From Mantamonas sphyraenae STR306 (lineage: Eukaryota > Protista > CRuMs), in assembly GCA_026936335.1 (NCBI GenBank), contig JAPMXV010000008.1:62001-126000 (forward strand): a stretch of 64,000 bases of DNA. Reading direction: 5' to 3'. Below the pieces are notes generated by a model that saw only the letters and a list, made by a program, of their open reading frames with translations, did no database searches and had not been told where the DNA came from. How positions within the stretch are numbered: position 1 is the first letter of the stretch; each line of letters begins with the position of its first letter. Of the stretch, positions 1-9,619 are shown one piece after another. The position numbers and the translations under genes were made by a program.

Positions 1-1
1 G

Positions 2-487
2 CGAAGCAACAAACGCAAGCAAAGCAATGTGTACCATGCACGCAGGAGGGCCAAGAGGGGGAGGCCAGACACACATGCACCACAGGACAGCAAGCGCCAA
101 CGCATAGACAACAGCACTACCCAGGGAGCCCTTGCTGGCGTGGCCGTGGGGATCAATGCCGTCACGCGGCGCTTGGAGAAGGACAAGGCGGCTTTGGTTG
201 TTTTAGCCACGCGTGTGTATCCACGTGTGATGGTGCAACACATTGCACCCCTTGCTCATCGCCACAACGTCAAGATGCTACTGCTGGACGTCGACTCGGC
301 CCAACTTGGCGCAGCACTCGGTCTGCGTTCCGCCGCCGTCGTCGCCTTTGCCTCTGGGGACGATGCAGTGCCCGTGATCGAGCAGCTACAGCCGCTTGGA
401 AAGCTGGTGGATGCTTTTACTGACCAGCGTCTGCGTCCCAGGTCGGTGGCACCTGTGGGCAAGGCGACAGCGGAGAATGATGCTTGA
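2..487 (+). CDS. L7Ae/L30e-family RNA-binding protein, RNase P/MRP subunit Rpp38-like (5' partial)
   Basis: Frame open from window start. VGINAVTRRLEK...LVVLA...HIAPLA...LGAALGLRSAAVVAF matches the L7Ae fold pattern. Confidence 0.7.
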   Translation, partial: RSNKRKQSNVYHARRRAKRGRPDTHAPQDSKRQRIDNSTTQGALAGVAVGINAVTRRLEKDKAALVVLATRVYPRVMVQHIAPLAHRHNVKMLLLDVDSAQLGAALGLRSAAVVAFASGDDAVPVIEQLQPLGKLVDAFTDQRLRPRSVAPVGKATAENDA

Positions 488-507
488 ATTTTGATTCATT
501 TGAGAAT

Positions 508-1004
508 ATGTGTGATCACATGGAAATGTAAATTAAGTTGTGAATCAAAAATTGTGTTCCCTCCAGTGGAGGCTTGTACACGTGTCTGTACATGGCTGCC
601 GACGGCATGTGGTGACCATCCTGGCTCAGATTACCCTTCCCAGATGGTATCTGAATCGGGCGCAGCGCTGGTTTTGGGTCAGTGCGGACTTGAGGGCGCG
701 CACGGAAACCCAACTCTTCGCATTCCCCCCGTTTGACTTCACACGTTCACAACAAACAGGCTTCACTACATGCTTTGTCTGTTCTTCCTCCTATCTGTGT
801 TTGCCCTCGTCTCCGCTGACACAGGGCGAATCGTAAAGATTGCCGATTTTGTCCACAAAACTTCCGTGGGTTCTCCTGACCATTGAGCTCATCCTGGGCA
901 TGTTTGCAGACAACCACTTTGAACCCAAGCTGATTTACACCATGAACATCATCTTTGACGAGGTTCTGTCCATCCACGCGCAGTTCCCAGCTGAAAAGAT
1001 CTGA
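508..1004 (+). CDS. Putative small multi-pass membrane protein (spliced; needs 2 indel corrections)
   Basis: Manual splice: gtaaat..ccctccag and gtcagt..caaacag introns. Gives hydrophobic segments WLHYMLCLFFLLSVFALV and LPWVLLTIELILGMF, ending ..QFPAEKI*. Confidence 0.35.
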
Positions 1005-1182
1005 GGACGCGAACGTTGTGCCTGCACGCCACACTACGCACTCCACGTCCACACAGATGCCTCTGAAATGGACATCCATCGCCACTCTCATGTCTTCCAC
1101 ACCAAGCATCCCCACCTTGCAGCCATCCAGAGGGAGGGAGGGAGAGAAGAGGGGACAGCTCCATTTTGCACCGAAACACAGC

Positions 1183-2396
1183 CTACTCCTCATGCTGTTC
1201 AACGTCACCCTGTGCCCGAGAGAGCTGTGCATCGTCGTCTTGGCCATCATCGACGCTTTTGTCGAGGACATCCACAAAGGCTTTGGCTACGTTTGGGGCG
1301 ACGGCCATGACACGCCCATGGCACAAGTCAAAGTCATCCGTGAGTGGATCTGTGCAAATGCCACCGGCCTCACGGACAATGACAGCACCAGCAGCACAAT
1401 CCCATGCCTTGATGGTGTACTCATAATAGCAATCAAGCCTACCACAGGCCACACTGCACATGTCCAGGGCACAGGATCCCAAACGACGCATGGCTTGGCA
1501 CTCATCCAGCACCACATTCAGGTTTCGTTTGGCCAGAGACATGTACTTGTGCTGTCTGTCGGTGGGCCATCCACATGCCACCAGACATTGCTTCAACGAA
1601 CTTGTCTCGGACGCCTGGATGCTCTTGCCATTCAGAGTGGCCCCCATGCCCTTGCGTGCCACAAACAGTTCATCCAAGATGGCATTGTACACCACTCCCA
1701 GCACAGGTTCACGTCCAACTGCAAGCCCAATCGACACACATGTCCACGGCAGACTGTGCACAAAGTTCGTGGTCCCGTCAATGGGATCCACAATCCATGT
1801 GGGCTGTGTCATGTCATGTCATCGTGCATCCCCAGCAGCCACCCCAAAGCAGAGTCCCCCGCGTTTGGGTCCCATTTCCAGTGTGTCAGTGTCTTGTGCA
1901 CACCCGAGTGACGTCATTGCGTTCACCCCACACCTGAATTCCCCTCCTATCCTACTCCATCCAACGGCTGACCTATTGCACACCCCCTCCTCCTCCTCCT
2001 CACCACACACACACACACACATGCTCCCCATTCCTCCCCTATGAACGTACCTCGTCGCCTACTGCGTACGCTCCGCCGCCCTCAAACGTTGTCTCTTCCC
2101 CCAGGAAGCTGTGTTCCGGAAACGTCTCCTCCACCATAGCCTTCAACGCAATCTCAATCTCCCTGGATCCCACCCAGTTCACCGAGTGTGTGTGAGTGTG
2201 TGTGTGTGTGTGTGTGTGCGTGGTGCCCGTCTTGGCGTGAAACTCACTGGTCCGTCGCCGTCACCAGGTCCACGGGGTTCTTAAAGTCCACATCCTTGTC
2301 TTTGGCATAAAACGTCTCCATGGTACGCTTGCCAGCCTCCTTGGCCATGGCCAGTGCCAGTTCCAATTCCTTTTCCAATCCCTCACTTGTGCTCAT
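1183..2396 (-). CDS. IMPA: Inositol monophosphatase (3 exons)
   Basis: DLVTATD, FLGEE, WIVDPIDGTTNF, RRLGSCALD and WDCAAG motifs. Introns at about 2245-2165 and 2050-1804. Confidence 0.95.
2186..2218. repeat. (GT)n microsatellite in IMPase intron, typical of many introns here
   Basis: Direct sequence; similar tracts at about 8896, 13868, 16953 and 47121. Confidence 0.9.
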
Positions 2397-2465
2397 CCTT
2401 GTCCCAAGTGTGTCAGTCTGCATCGGCTCCCGCTGCGCCGCACCACCCACCAAAGACCACCACAC

Positions 2466-3809
2466 ATGCCACACCCTGGGTCAGCTGCGTGGCATGTGCT
2501 CATCGTCACCATGACTCTGTGCGTGGTTTCCCTGGGCGTCGGTGTGCACGCATACACGTACGAGGCGTGCGCACAGGCGCCACCGGTTCCTGAAGATCGA
2601 CGCGCCGACGCCTCTCGCTTGCGGGTGGCCTCGTTCAACACAGAATGGCTGTTTTCCGGCATGCATGGCCCTTCGTACAGTCCACGTAAAAGTGCTGCGG
2701 ATGGAGATGCCCATCTGGCCAATGTGTCCTCTGTGCTGCCGCAATTGGACGCCGATGTGCTTGCGCTGGTGGAGGTGGAGGATTGTGCGATGTTGCGCCG
2801 CCTGGCAGACGCCGTGCCGGCCATGCGATACAAACCGTATCTGGTGTTGGGTACAGACACATCCACTCGTCAGAATGTGGGTCTTCTCACACGTGTCGAT
2901 CCCGTGGAGGATCTGAGCCGCACGGAAAACCGCACGGGGTGGCCTTTGCCCGGGTCAACGTGTGGGTACACCGGTGGCAGCAGTCACAGCACAGGAGTGA
3001 CCAAACATCTGTTTACCCGCTTGCGTGTGTCTGGTCACACGGTGGCCCTGTGTGTGTTGCACTTGTTGGCCATTCCCACCGATGCGTCGCGGTGTGCACA
3101 CAGAGAGGGCCAGGCAACGGTGATTCGACAACACTTGGACAGTTGGATCGCATCATCGTCACCCTCTGTGGACACTGTGATGGTGATGGGTGATTTCAAC
3201 GACTACAGTCGGGAGGTGGCGGATGTGAACAACAACACACCCACCTCACGGGTCCTGGACATTGTCCGTGGCCAAGACTTGACCAATGTCGTGGCCAACA
3301 TCAGCCACGCGCAACGTTATTCCAACTGGTACGACCGGAATCACAACAATGTGGACGATGGGGGCAACGAACGCTCCCAGATCGACCACCTGCTGGTGTC
3401 CACACGTGCCCTCCAACACGACGCATCTCTGCGTCTCACCTCGGCATACATGATGCACACATATAACCCTGCCCTCATCAGTGACCATTGGCCCCTTGTG
3501 GCAGATTTCCAGGTCACAGCTGCCACCCCCACCCCCACCCCCACCCCCAATCCCAACGGTTCCGAATCGGGTGACACTGTGCCTGTCATCCTGCCTGGTG
3601 TGTTGGCCAATCCCGACAGGCAAACGTCACGGGATGCAGCCAATCTGGTGTCTGCGATCCTCGCCTTGGAAATCCTGCTGGTGGTGGGCACTCTGGTGGC
3701 TGTGCGGGTGTACTGGCCCCTGGGTGGAAGCCATCAGGACGATGATGTGCCACGACGCAGTCTGCTGGACGACCAAGACCAGCAAGCAGGAGCAGATGAG
3801 GAAACATGA
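2466..3809 (+). CDS. Secreted/membrane-anchored endonuclease/exonuclease/phosphatase (EEP) family protein
   Basis: Signal peptide; SFNTEW, LVEVE, GDFND, IDHLL and SDHWP catalytic motifs; (PT)n linker; C-terminal TM helix. Confidence 0.88.
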   Translation: MPHPGSAAWHVLIVTMTLCVVSLGVGVHAYTYEACAQAPPVPEDRRADASRLRVASFNTEWLFSGMHGPSYSPRKSAADGDAHLANVSSVLPQLDADVLALVEVEDCAMLRRLADAVPAMRYKPYLVLGTDTSTRQNVGLLTRVDPVEDLSRTENRTGWPLPGSTCGYTGGSSHSTGVTKHLFTRLRVSGHTVALCVLHLLAIPTDASRCAHREGQATVIRQHLDSWIASSSPSVDTVMVMGDFNDYSREVADVNNNTPTSRVLDIVRGQDLTNVVANISHAQRYSNWYDRNHNNVDDGGNERSQIDHLLVSTRALQHDASLRLTSAYMMHTYNPALISDHWPLVADFQVTAATPTPTPTPNPNGSESGDTVPVILPGVLANPDRQTSRDAANLVSAILALEILLVVGTLVAVRVYWPLGGSHQDDDVPRRSLLDDQDQQAGADEET

Positions 3810-3849
3810 TGAATGAGATCCCACACACACACACACTCTCTCTCTCTCT

Positions 3850-5415
3850 TCACTCTCCTTTGCCACTCTTGCGCTCAATCTCATCCAACATGGAGGCAGC
3901 CATGGTGTCGGAGGCCACATTGATGGCTGTGCGACAGCGATCGAGAAACCAATCGACGCTAAGAAGCAACTCAATGCCCGTCAGGGGCAATCCAGCCGCC
4001 TGCAAGACCATGACCATGGTGACCAATCCAGCCTCTGGGATGCCTGCAGCACCCACAGCAGCCAATGTGGCAGTGACGGCAATGACAATGACCCTGCCTG
4101 CGTCCAAGGGGATGCCATGCACCTGCGCGATAAACACGGCTGCGACCCCCTCATACAACGCAGAACCGCTCATGTTGATGGTGGCACCCAGGGGCAGGAC
4201 AAAGTTTGCAGTGAGTTCATCCACGCCTGCGTTGGTGACATTGGTGATGGTGATGGGAAGGGTGGCCGAGGAGGAGGCAGTGCCAAAGGCGGTGAGGATT
4301 GCCTGGGAGACGGAACGCAGGTAATGGTAAGGGTTGCGTCGTGTGATGGCATAGAACATGACACACAGGGTGCCAGCGCCGTGAATCAACAATCCCAACA
4401 GCACACACAACACATACAAGCCCAACTTGGCCAGCAAGTCCCAAAAGTCTGGGTTGCCAGCCAATCGAGCGCAAATCAAGGAGGCCACGCCGAGGGGCAC
4501 CGTCCACACCACCACCTTTACCATGCGCATCAATGCTTCGTTGGTGGCTGTGAAAAAGTCGATGACAGGACGTGCCTGTGCCGATGGCATGCGCGCAAGG
4601 ACGGAGCCAAAGAAGAGGGAAAACACAATGAGACCCAGGACGTTGAAGTCGTACGCTGCCTCCACCAGGTTGTCGGTCAACATGCTCTTGATGATGCCCA
4701 TGATGGAGTCAAAGAGACTGGTGTCGGGTCGGTCGCCCTCGGGCACGGCGTTGAGATCAGCCCCAGCAGCACCGGGTTGGATGATGGCCACCAGGGTCAG
4801 ACCCAACACCACTGCCAACAGCGTGATGCTCAGGAACATGAGAATGGTGTTGCGACCCAAATGGCCACTGGTGATGTGATGGGGTGTTTCCTCGGAGGAG
4901 GAGGAGGAGGAGGAGGAGGAGGATGCTGCTGCTGCTTCTTCCGGGTCGTTGTTGCCCCGGGAAGGGGCACGGTGACGTGAATGGCCAGCCTGTGATTGTT
5001 GTGCTTGGGACAGTTTGCCCAAGGAGGAGACGCCGACAATCATGGAGGCCACAATCAATGGGGTCACCAGCATTTTCAGCACGCGGAGCAGAAGGGTGCC
5101 TGGCAGACCCAACACCTCCACGGTTTCTCGGCTGGGATGGCCATACGCGCCCACCAGACCGCCCACAAGGCCACCCACAAGCACACCCAGCACGGTTAGA
5201 CTGATGATGAGTTGGGATTCGGTGAGGCGAAGCACACGGCCGCCACACAGGGTCCAGACAAACTGGTGTTCCGCAGCCGCTGGGTGGCTTCGCAGCGGAG
5301 TGTCTTCACGCCCCTCCCGTGTCCGCATGCCGCCTTGTCCACGCTCCTCCACCACCCCACGGATATCATCCAGTGCTTCTTCGTCGCCGTCGTTGAATGT
5401 GTTGTACCCGGACAT
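3850..5415 (-). CDS. Dicarboxylate/amino acid:cation symporter (SLC1/EAAT family)
   Basis: AFGTASSSATLP, LPLGATINMSG, GAAGIP and VDWFLDRCRTAINV signature motifs. Confidence 0.95.
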   Translation of the reverse strand: MSGYNTFNDGDEEALDDIRGVVEERGQGGMRTREGREDTPLRSHPAAAEHQFVWTLCGGRVLRLTESQLIISLTVLGVLVGGLVGGLVGAYGHPSRETVEVLGLPGTLLLRVLKMLVTPLIVASMIVGVSSLGKLSQAQQSQAGHSRHRAPSRGNNDPEEAAAASSSSSSSSSSEETPHHITSGHLGRNTILMFLSITLLAVVLGLTLVAIIQPGAAGADLNAVPEGDRPDTSLFDSIMGIIKSMLTDNLVEAAYDFNVLGLIVFSLFFGSVLARMPSAQARPVIDFFTATNEALMRMVKVVVWTVPLGVASLICARLAGNPDFWDLLAKLGLYVLCVLLGLLIHGAGTLCVMFYAITRRNPYHYLRSVSQAILTAFGTASSSATLPITITNVTNAGVDELTANFVLPLGATINMSGSALYEGVAAVFIAQVHGIPLDAGRVIVIAVTATLAAVGAAGIPEAGLVTMVMVLQAAGLPLTGIELLLSVDWFLDRCRTAINVASDTMAASMLDEIERKSGKGE

Positions 5416-5465
5416 GATGCACCGCCGCCACAGCCAAAGGAAAGGGATTTGGCTTGGCTGCAACC

Positions 5466-6808
5466 ATGGACGACGACGACTTTTTCGACGACGTCCTGGA
5501 CGAGCCCTGCGAGTGTCTCGACTTGTCCAACCAGTCATTGGACAGTGTGCCTGTGGACCAGGTGCAGGCTGTGGACGGTCTGGGAAGGTGAGGGTGGTGG
5601 TGGTGGGGTGTGTGTGAAGAAAGGGGGAAGGTGGGGAACCATGAGCAACTCACTCACACTCACTCATGACCATGGTGTGTCACCCCCCTCACCCCCCCCC
5701 CCCCCCCCTTTGTGTGTTGGTTACAGTCTCGATCTCAGTGGCAATGCCCTGACGAGTCTGGCGGATGTGGAGTTGCCCGAAAGTGTGACGTCGCTGGATC
5801 TGCGAGACAACAGGCTGACCTCGCTGGGCGAAGGCACCTTCCGTGGCTTGGCACACCTGCAAACCCTGAAACTGGACCACAACCAGCTCACTCACCTGCC
5901 TGATTCCTTGCTCAGACTCAGTTCCCTCAGCACGCTCACCCTGGAGCACAATGCATTCAGTGTCGACTCGCTACGCGGACGCAAAGCAACCTCGGTGCGT
6001 TTTCTCGATGCGTTTCCCCCACCCCACCTTACCGTCCCGCGTCGCCCTGCGTGCAGCCCGCCTGACACCACCTCTCTGGCCGCGTCATGGATGGGTCACC
6101 CTTCCCACCTGCACACAGCTCGTGGCTCCCTTTGGCTTCTCCTTTGTGCTGGACATGAAGAAGGGAAGCCAAGGCGACGAGGAAGCCACGTCCTCGTCTG
6201 GCAGCGTCGAGTCGCAGTCGACCATCATGACACACTACATGCAAGCGGAGGATGATGATGACACCAACACCACCAACACCAACACCACCGACGACAATGG
6301 TGTTGATGACGACGACGACGACGACGACGTGCCTGCCGTGGGTTTGGCAGGCTGTTCCAAACCTCAGTTTGCCCACGAAATCGTGGCCCTACGCGCCCTC
6401 AATGTGGGCCTGCTGGTCACCGCCCTGGCCAAACCCGACCTGAGTGCAGAAGTCACCGAACAACTGGAGGCGCTGGACATGCGTCGGCTGCATGTACATA
6501 CAATCAACGGGTGTGTGCCCTCGTTCAGCGACGTCGATGCCTTTGTGGCAGAGACCCACGCCTGCCTCAGCCAAGGCACCTCGGTTACGGTCCATTGCAT
6601 GGCTGGCAAGGGACGCACAGGCACCCTCCTTGCCTGCTACCTTGTTGCAAAGCGAAACATGGATTGGGCAAAGGCCGTCGCCTACATTCGCTCCAAACGG
6701 CCCGGATCCATCGAAACCGAGACCCAGGAGGATTTTGTGTACAGATACGCCCTGCATGTGCATGGCACAGCAACCGACGACAGCACAGCTGGAGGGGGTG
6801 TGGGATGA
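5466..6808 (+). CDS. LRR-domain dual-specificity phosphatase (DUSP23/CDC14-like catalytic domain), 3 exons
   Basis: Exon 1 MDDDDFF..LDLSNQSL; exon 2 LRRs (LDLSGNAL, LDLRDNRL, LKLDHNQL); exon 3 VHCMAGKGRTG and RPGSIET. Confidence 0.85.
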
Positions 6809-6853
6809 ACACTGAAAAACACGGGCCAAATTGGATAGAACGGATGAATTCCT

Positions 6854-8155
6854 TCACGTTGCGTTGTCACCCTGCTGCCTTTGCCTTCGACGCAGCAGGA
6901 ACTGGGCAGAGCGCAGACGGCGCTTGATGCGCTCATCCTCGTCCTCCGATGACTCGTCTTCCTCCTCAGCAGCCTTTTTCGCTTCCGCGTCCGCTTCTTC
7001 GTCCGTCGACTCGTCGTCCGACGGCACCTGTTCCTTCACCTCCTTGGGCAGTCGGATGCGATGGTCCACTTCAAACTTGTGGAAGAACGCACGCAGGCCA
7101 CGGTAGAACATAAACAACACCAGTGCTCTGTGTGTGTGGGTGTGTGGGTAGGTGTCAGTTGTCTCGTCTCCTTCCTCCCGCTCTCTGTCCCGCATCTACA
7201 GGGTACCCTGTGGACGTGCAGCAACATACACCCCTGTGGTGGCCAAGATGAATGACCAGATGAGGTTGCCCTTGGCACTCTTTGCAGCGTAGTAGAAGCA
7301 GACCATCCAGGAAAAGGCAAAGAGAAAGTAGGTAAAGATCTCGCGCACGGGTTTCCACGAGCGAGGAAAGGTGATGAGCATAAACAGGGCTCCAATGGCC
7401 GTAAACAGACAACAGGCAGTGAGCGCAACCATAAACTCTTCGCCTCCAGGCGAGTCGTAGATGCCAGTGGCCAGGCACACAAAGCACTGGGCAATGCCCA
7501 CCAGCAGGGTGTAAACCACCGCCCCATCACACTTGACAACACGTGCCAGCCCAAACGTGATGCCCACAAGCACAGCATACAACACACTGGCCACAATGCG
7601 CCACACAAGCTGTTCTGTGAGCGTGCCAATCAACACATCGGTGACAATCAGCGCCACCACGGCCGACAGCGTACCCACAAACAACGACTTGCGCCTGCCG
7701 ATGCCCTTCCACATGCCCGTCACACCACCCAGCAGCCACGCAGCCAGAATCAGCAATTGCTGGCTCAGACGGTTGGTTGGGATCAAGTAGGGGATGCCAA
7801 GGAACGTCAGCGCATCTGTGAGCAGCCGTGGCTTGAGACTGGGCGACACCACAAGGTAGAACGAATAGATGAATGTGGGCAGCCACAACATGGTCGATGC
7901 CACCCATGCTCCCACCCACTTCAGGGTCCCCTTCCGCTTCTTCATCCTGTGCAGCCGCACCGCGTCTGGGTTTGTAAACAGCCACCACCACAGCTTGCCG
8001 TAGTGTGCAGGGTTCCTCGAGTTCAGAGGGTATTCTTCAATCAGTCGATCTGTGCCGCAAGTGTGCAAGGAGCGGGGGTGAGCGATTGGGGTCCAAAGTT
8101 CCTGACGTCAACGCGCGCCTCTCTACACACGCGCACAGGGCGCCACCGACGCCAT
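6854..8155 (-). CDS. Unknown polytopic membrane protein (~8 TM) with acidic/basic C-tail, 3 exons
   Basis: MASVAP exon splices in frame to (Y)RLIEEYP. Many hydrophobic helices follow. Intron at about 7205-7128. Confidence 0.7.
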
Positions 8156-8186
8156 GACACGCACACACGGAACATCACACTCGCAT

Positions 8187-8729
8187 TCACACGCTCGCTG
8201 TACACCTACCCAACTCATGTGCAAGATCTTCGGTGTCGCTGAGGGCCGCCAGCTCGGCTTCTTTGCGCTGCCGTTCCTCACGCAGCGGGCCGAGCACTTT
8301 GGCGGCCTCGGACTGCGACACGCCGTCCGACATGGGCGATCCTGCCTCCTCCGCATCTGCAAATTGGCCCGTGTGTGTGTTGGGTGACCCGTGTGTGCCA
8401 GGAAGCTCCACACGCTGGCCATTGGCGTCGTAAAACTCGTACACCAGCGGGTTTCCGTCTTCATCCGTCGCTGGCAGCTCGTCCATGTTCACGTCGTCCA
8501 ACGAAGCAAAGTGGTATGTTTCCAACACATCCCCATCGCCCAATTCATCGTCTCCATCCACCTCATACCCTTCGAATGCCTCGTCTTCAGCCGTCACTTC
8601 CTCGTACTCTCCGTCCAGCCCGTACGACTCCTCCTCCTCCTCCTCCTCCTCCAGGTCATCCTCCGTCATCATCCGCGGCACCTGTGTAGGCGACCGCTCC
8701 ACTCCCGGCGACGTGTCCCGTTGGCTCAT
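8187..8729 (-). CDS. Hypothetical acidic protein
   Basis: Open frame MSQRDTSP..., E/D-rich with coding-like codon usage. Confidence 0.6.
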   Translation of the reverse strand: MSQRDTSPGVERSPTQVPRMMTEDDLEEEEEEEESYGLDGEYEEVTAEDEAFEGYEVDGDDELGDGDVLETYHFASLDDVNMDELPATDEDGNPLVYEFYDANGQRVELPGTHGSPNTHTGQFADAEEAGSPMSDGVSQSEAAKVLGPLREERQRKEAELAALSDTEDLAHELGRCTASV

Positions 8730-8781
8730 GGGGCGTTGTGTTGGCGATGCTGCGCTGGCGCAGGCAGAAGCGTTCGCTGGC

Positions 8782-9596
8782 ATGGGCATCTGGCAAAACT
8801 GGCCGCGGCTCTTTGCCTCTGCCGAGGAGATGCTGGATGAGAACATGCGGCGCAATCCCACATACCCTTTCACTCATGTCTACGGCAGCAGTACGTGTGT
8901 GTGTGTGTGTGTGTGCTGTGTGTGTGTAAAACGCGGGTGCAATCAACGTGCTGACACTTGGTGACCCCCACAGCGTACACATACCGTGCCAAACACCCAA
9001 ACTACACCTACTCGATGATGCTGCTGGGGTTTTCGCTGCTCATTAGTCTTCTATTTATCGCTTTGGAACTCTACGGAGAGGTAAGCAGCGGGCGGGAAAG
9101 CATGCTCGGGAAAACGGCCGGCTCACATCCTCATCGCTCACCTGCTCGCCCTGCCTTCCCCCCCCCCCAACCCGCACCTTGCCACCACCCGTCACAGTTC
9201 TACTTTCTGCTGCCCCTGTTTGGTGTCATTGTGGGCGCACTGTCGCTGTACGAGTACCGCGAGCCTCGCGAGTACTGGCTCCACGGGAGCGAGAAGCAGT
9301 ACGAGTTCAAGGTGGGAGAGGCCACAGTGACGCGTGGGGATTACTACAACGTGTATGTGCGGCTGCGACGCAAGATTGGCGCCCAACGACCCGTTTACTA
9401 TCTGATTGTCAATGCATTTGGCATGGAGAAGCTGGTGTTGAGCAGGACCACCAGCAGCGCACGAGGACTGCGTCTTCTGGGCCAGCAACTGGCTGCCAAC
9501 CTCAACATCAACTACTTTGACGAAGCAAACATCTCCAAGCATCATGTGGTTCGTCATCTGCGTCCTGTCAGGCTCAAGGTCAAGAGCACAGGCTGA
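8782..9596 (+). CDS. TMEM249: TMEM249 (CatSper auxiliary subunit)-like protein; exons 8782-8890, 8974-9080, 9198-9596
   Basis: N-terminal NMRRNPTYPF, two TM helices, then YNVYVRL..YYLIVN..LAANLNINYFD..SKHHVVRH, resembling TMEM249 as I recall it. Confidence 0.75.
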
Positions 9597-9619
9597 ACCA
9601 ATCAAAATCCACTTCAAGC

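Noticed and set aside
488-1180. Possible snRNA or RNase P/MRP RNA next to the L7Ae gene
   Set aside because: No U1/U2/U5/U6 or CR-I/CR-V signatures recognised.
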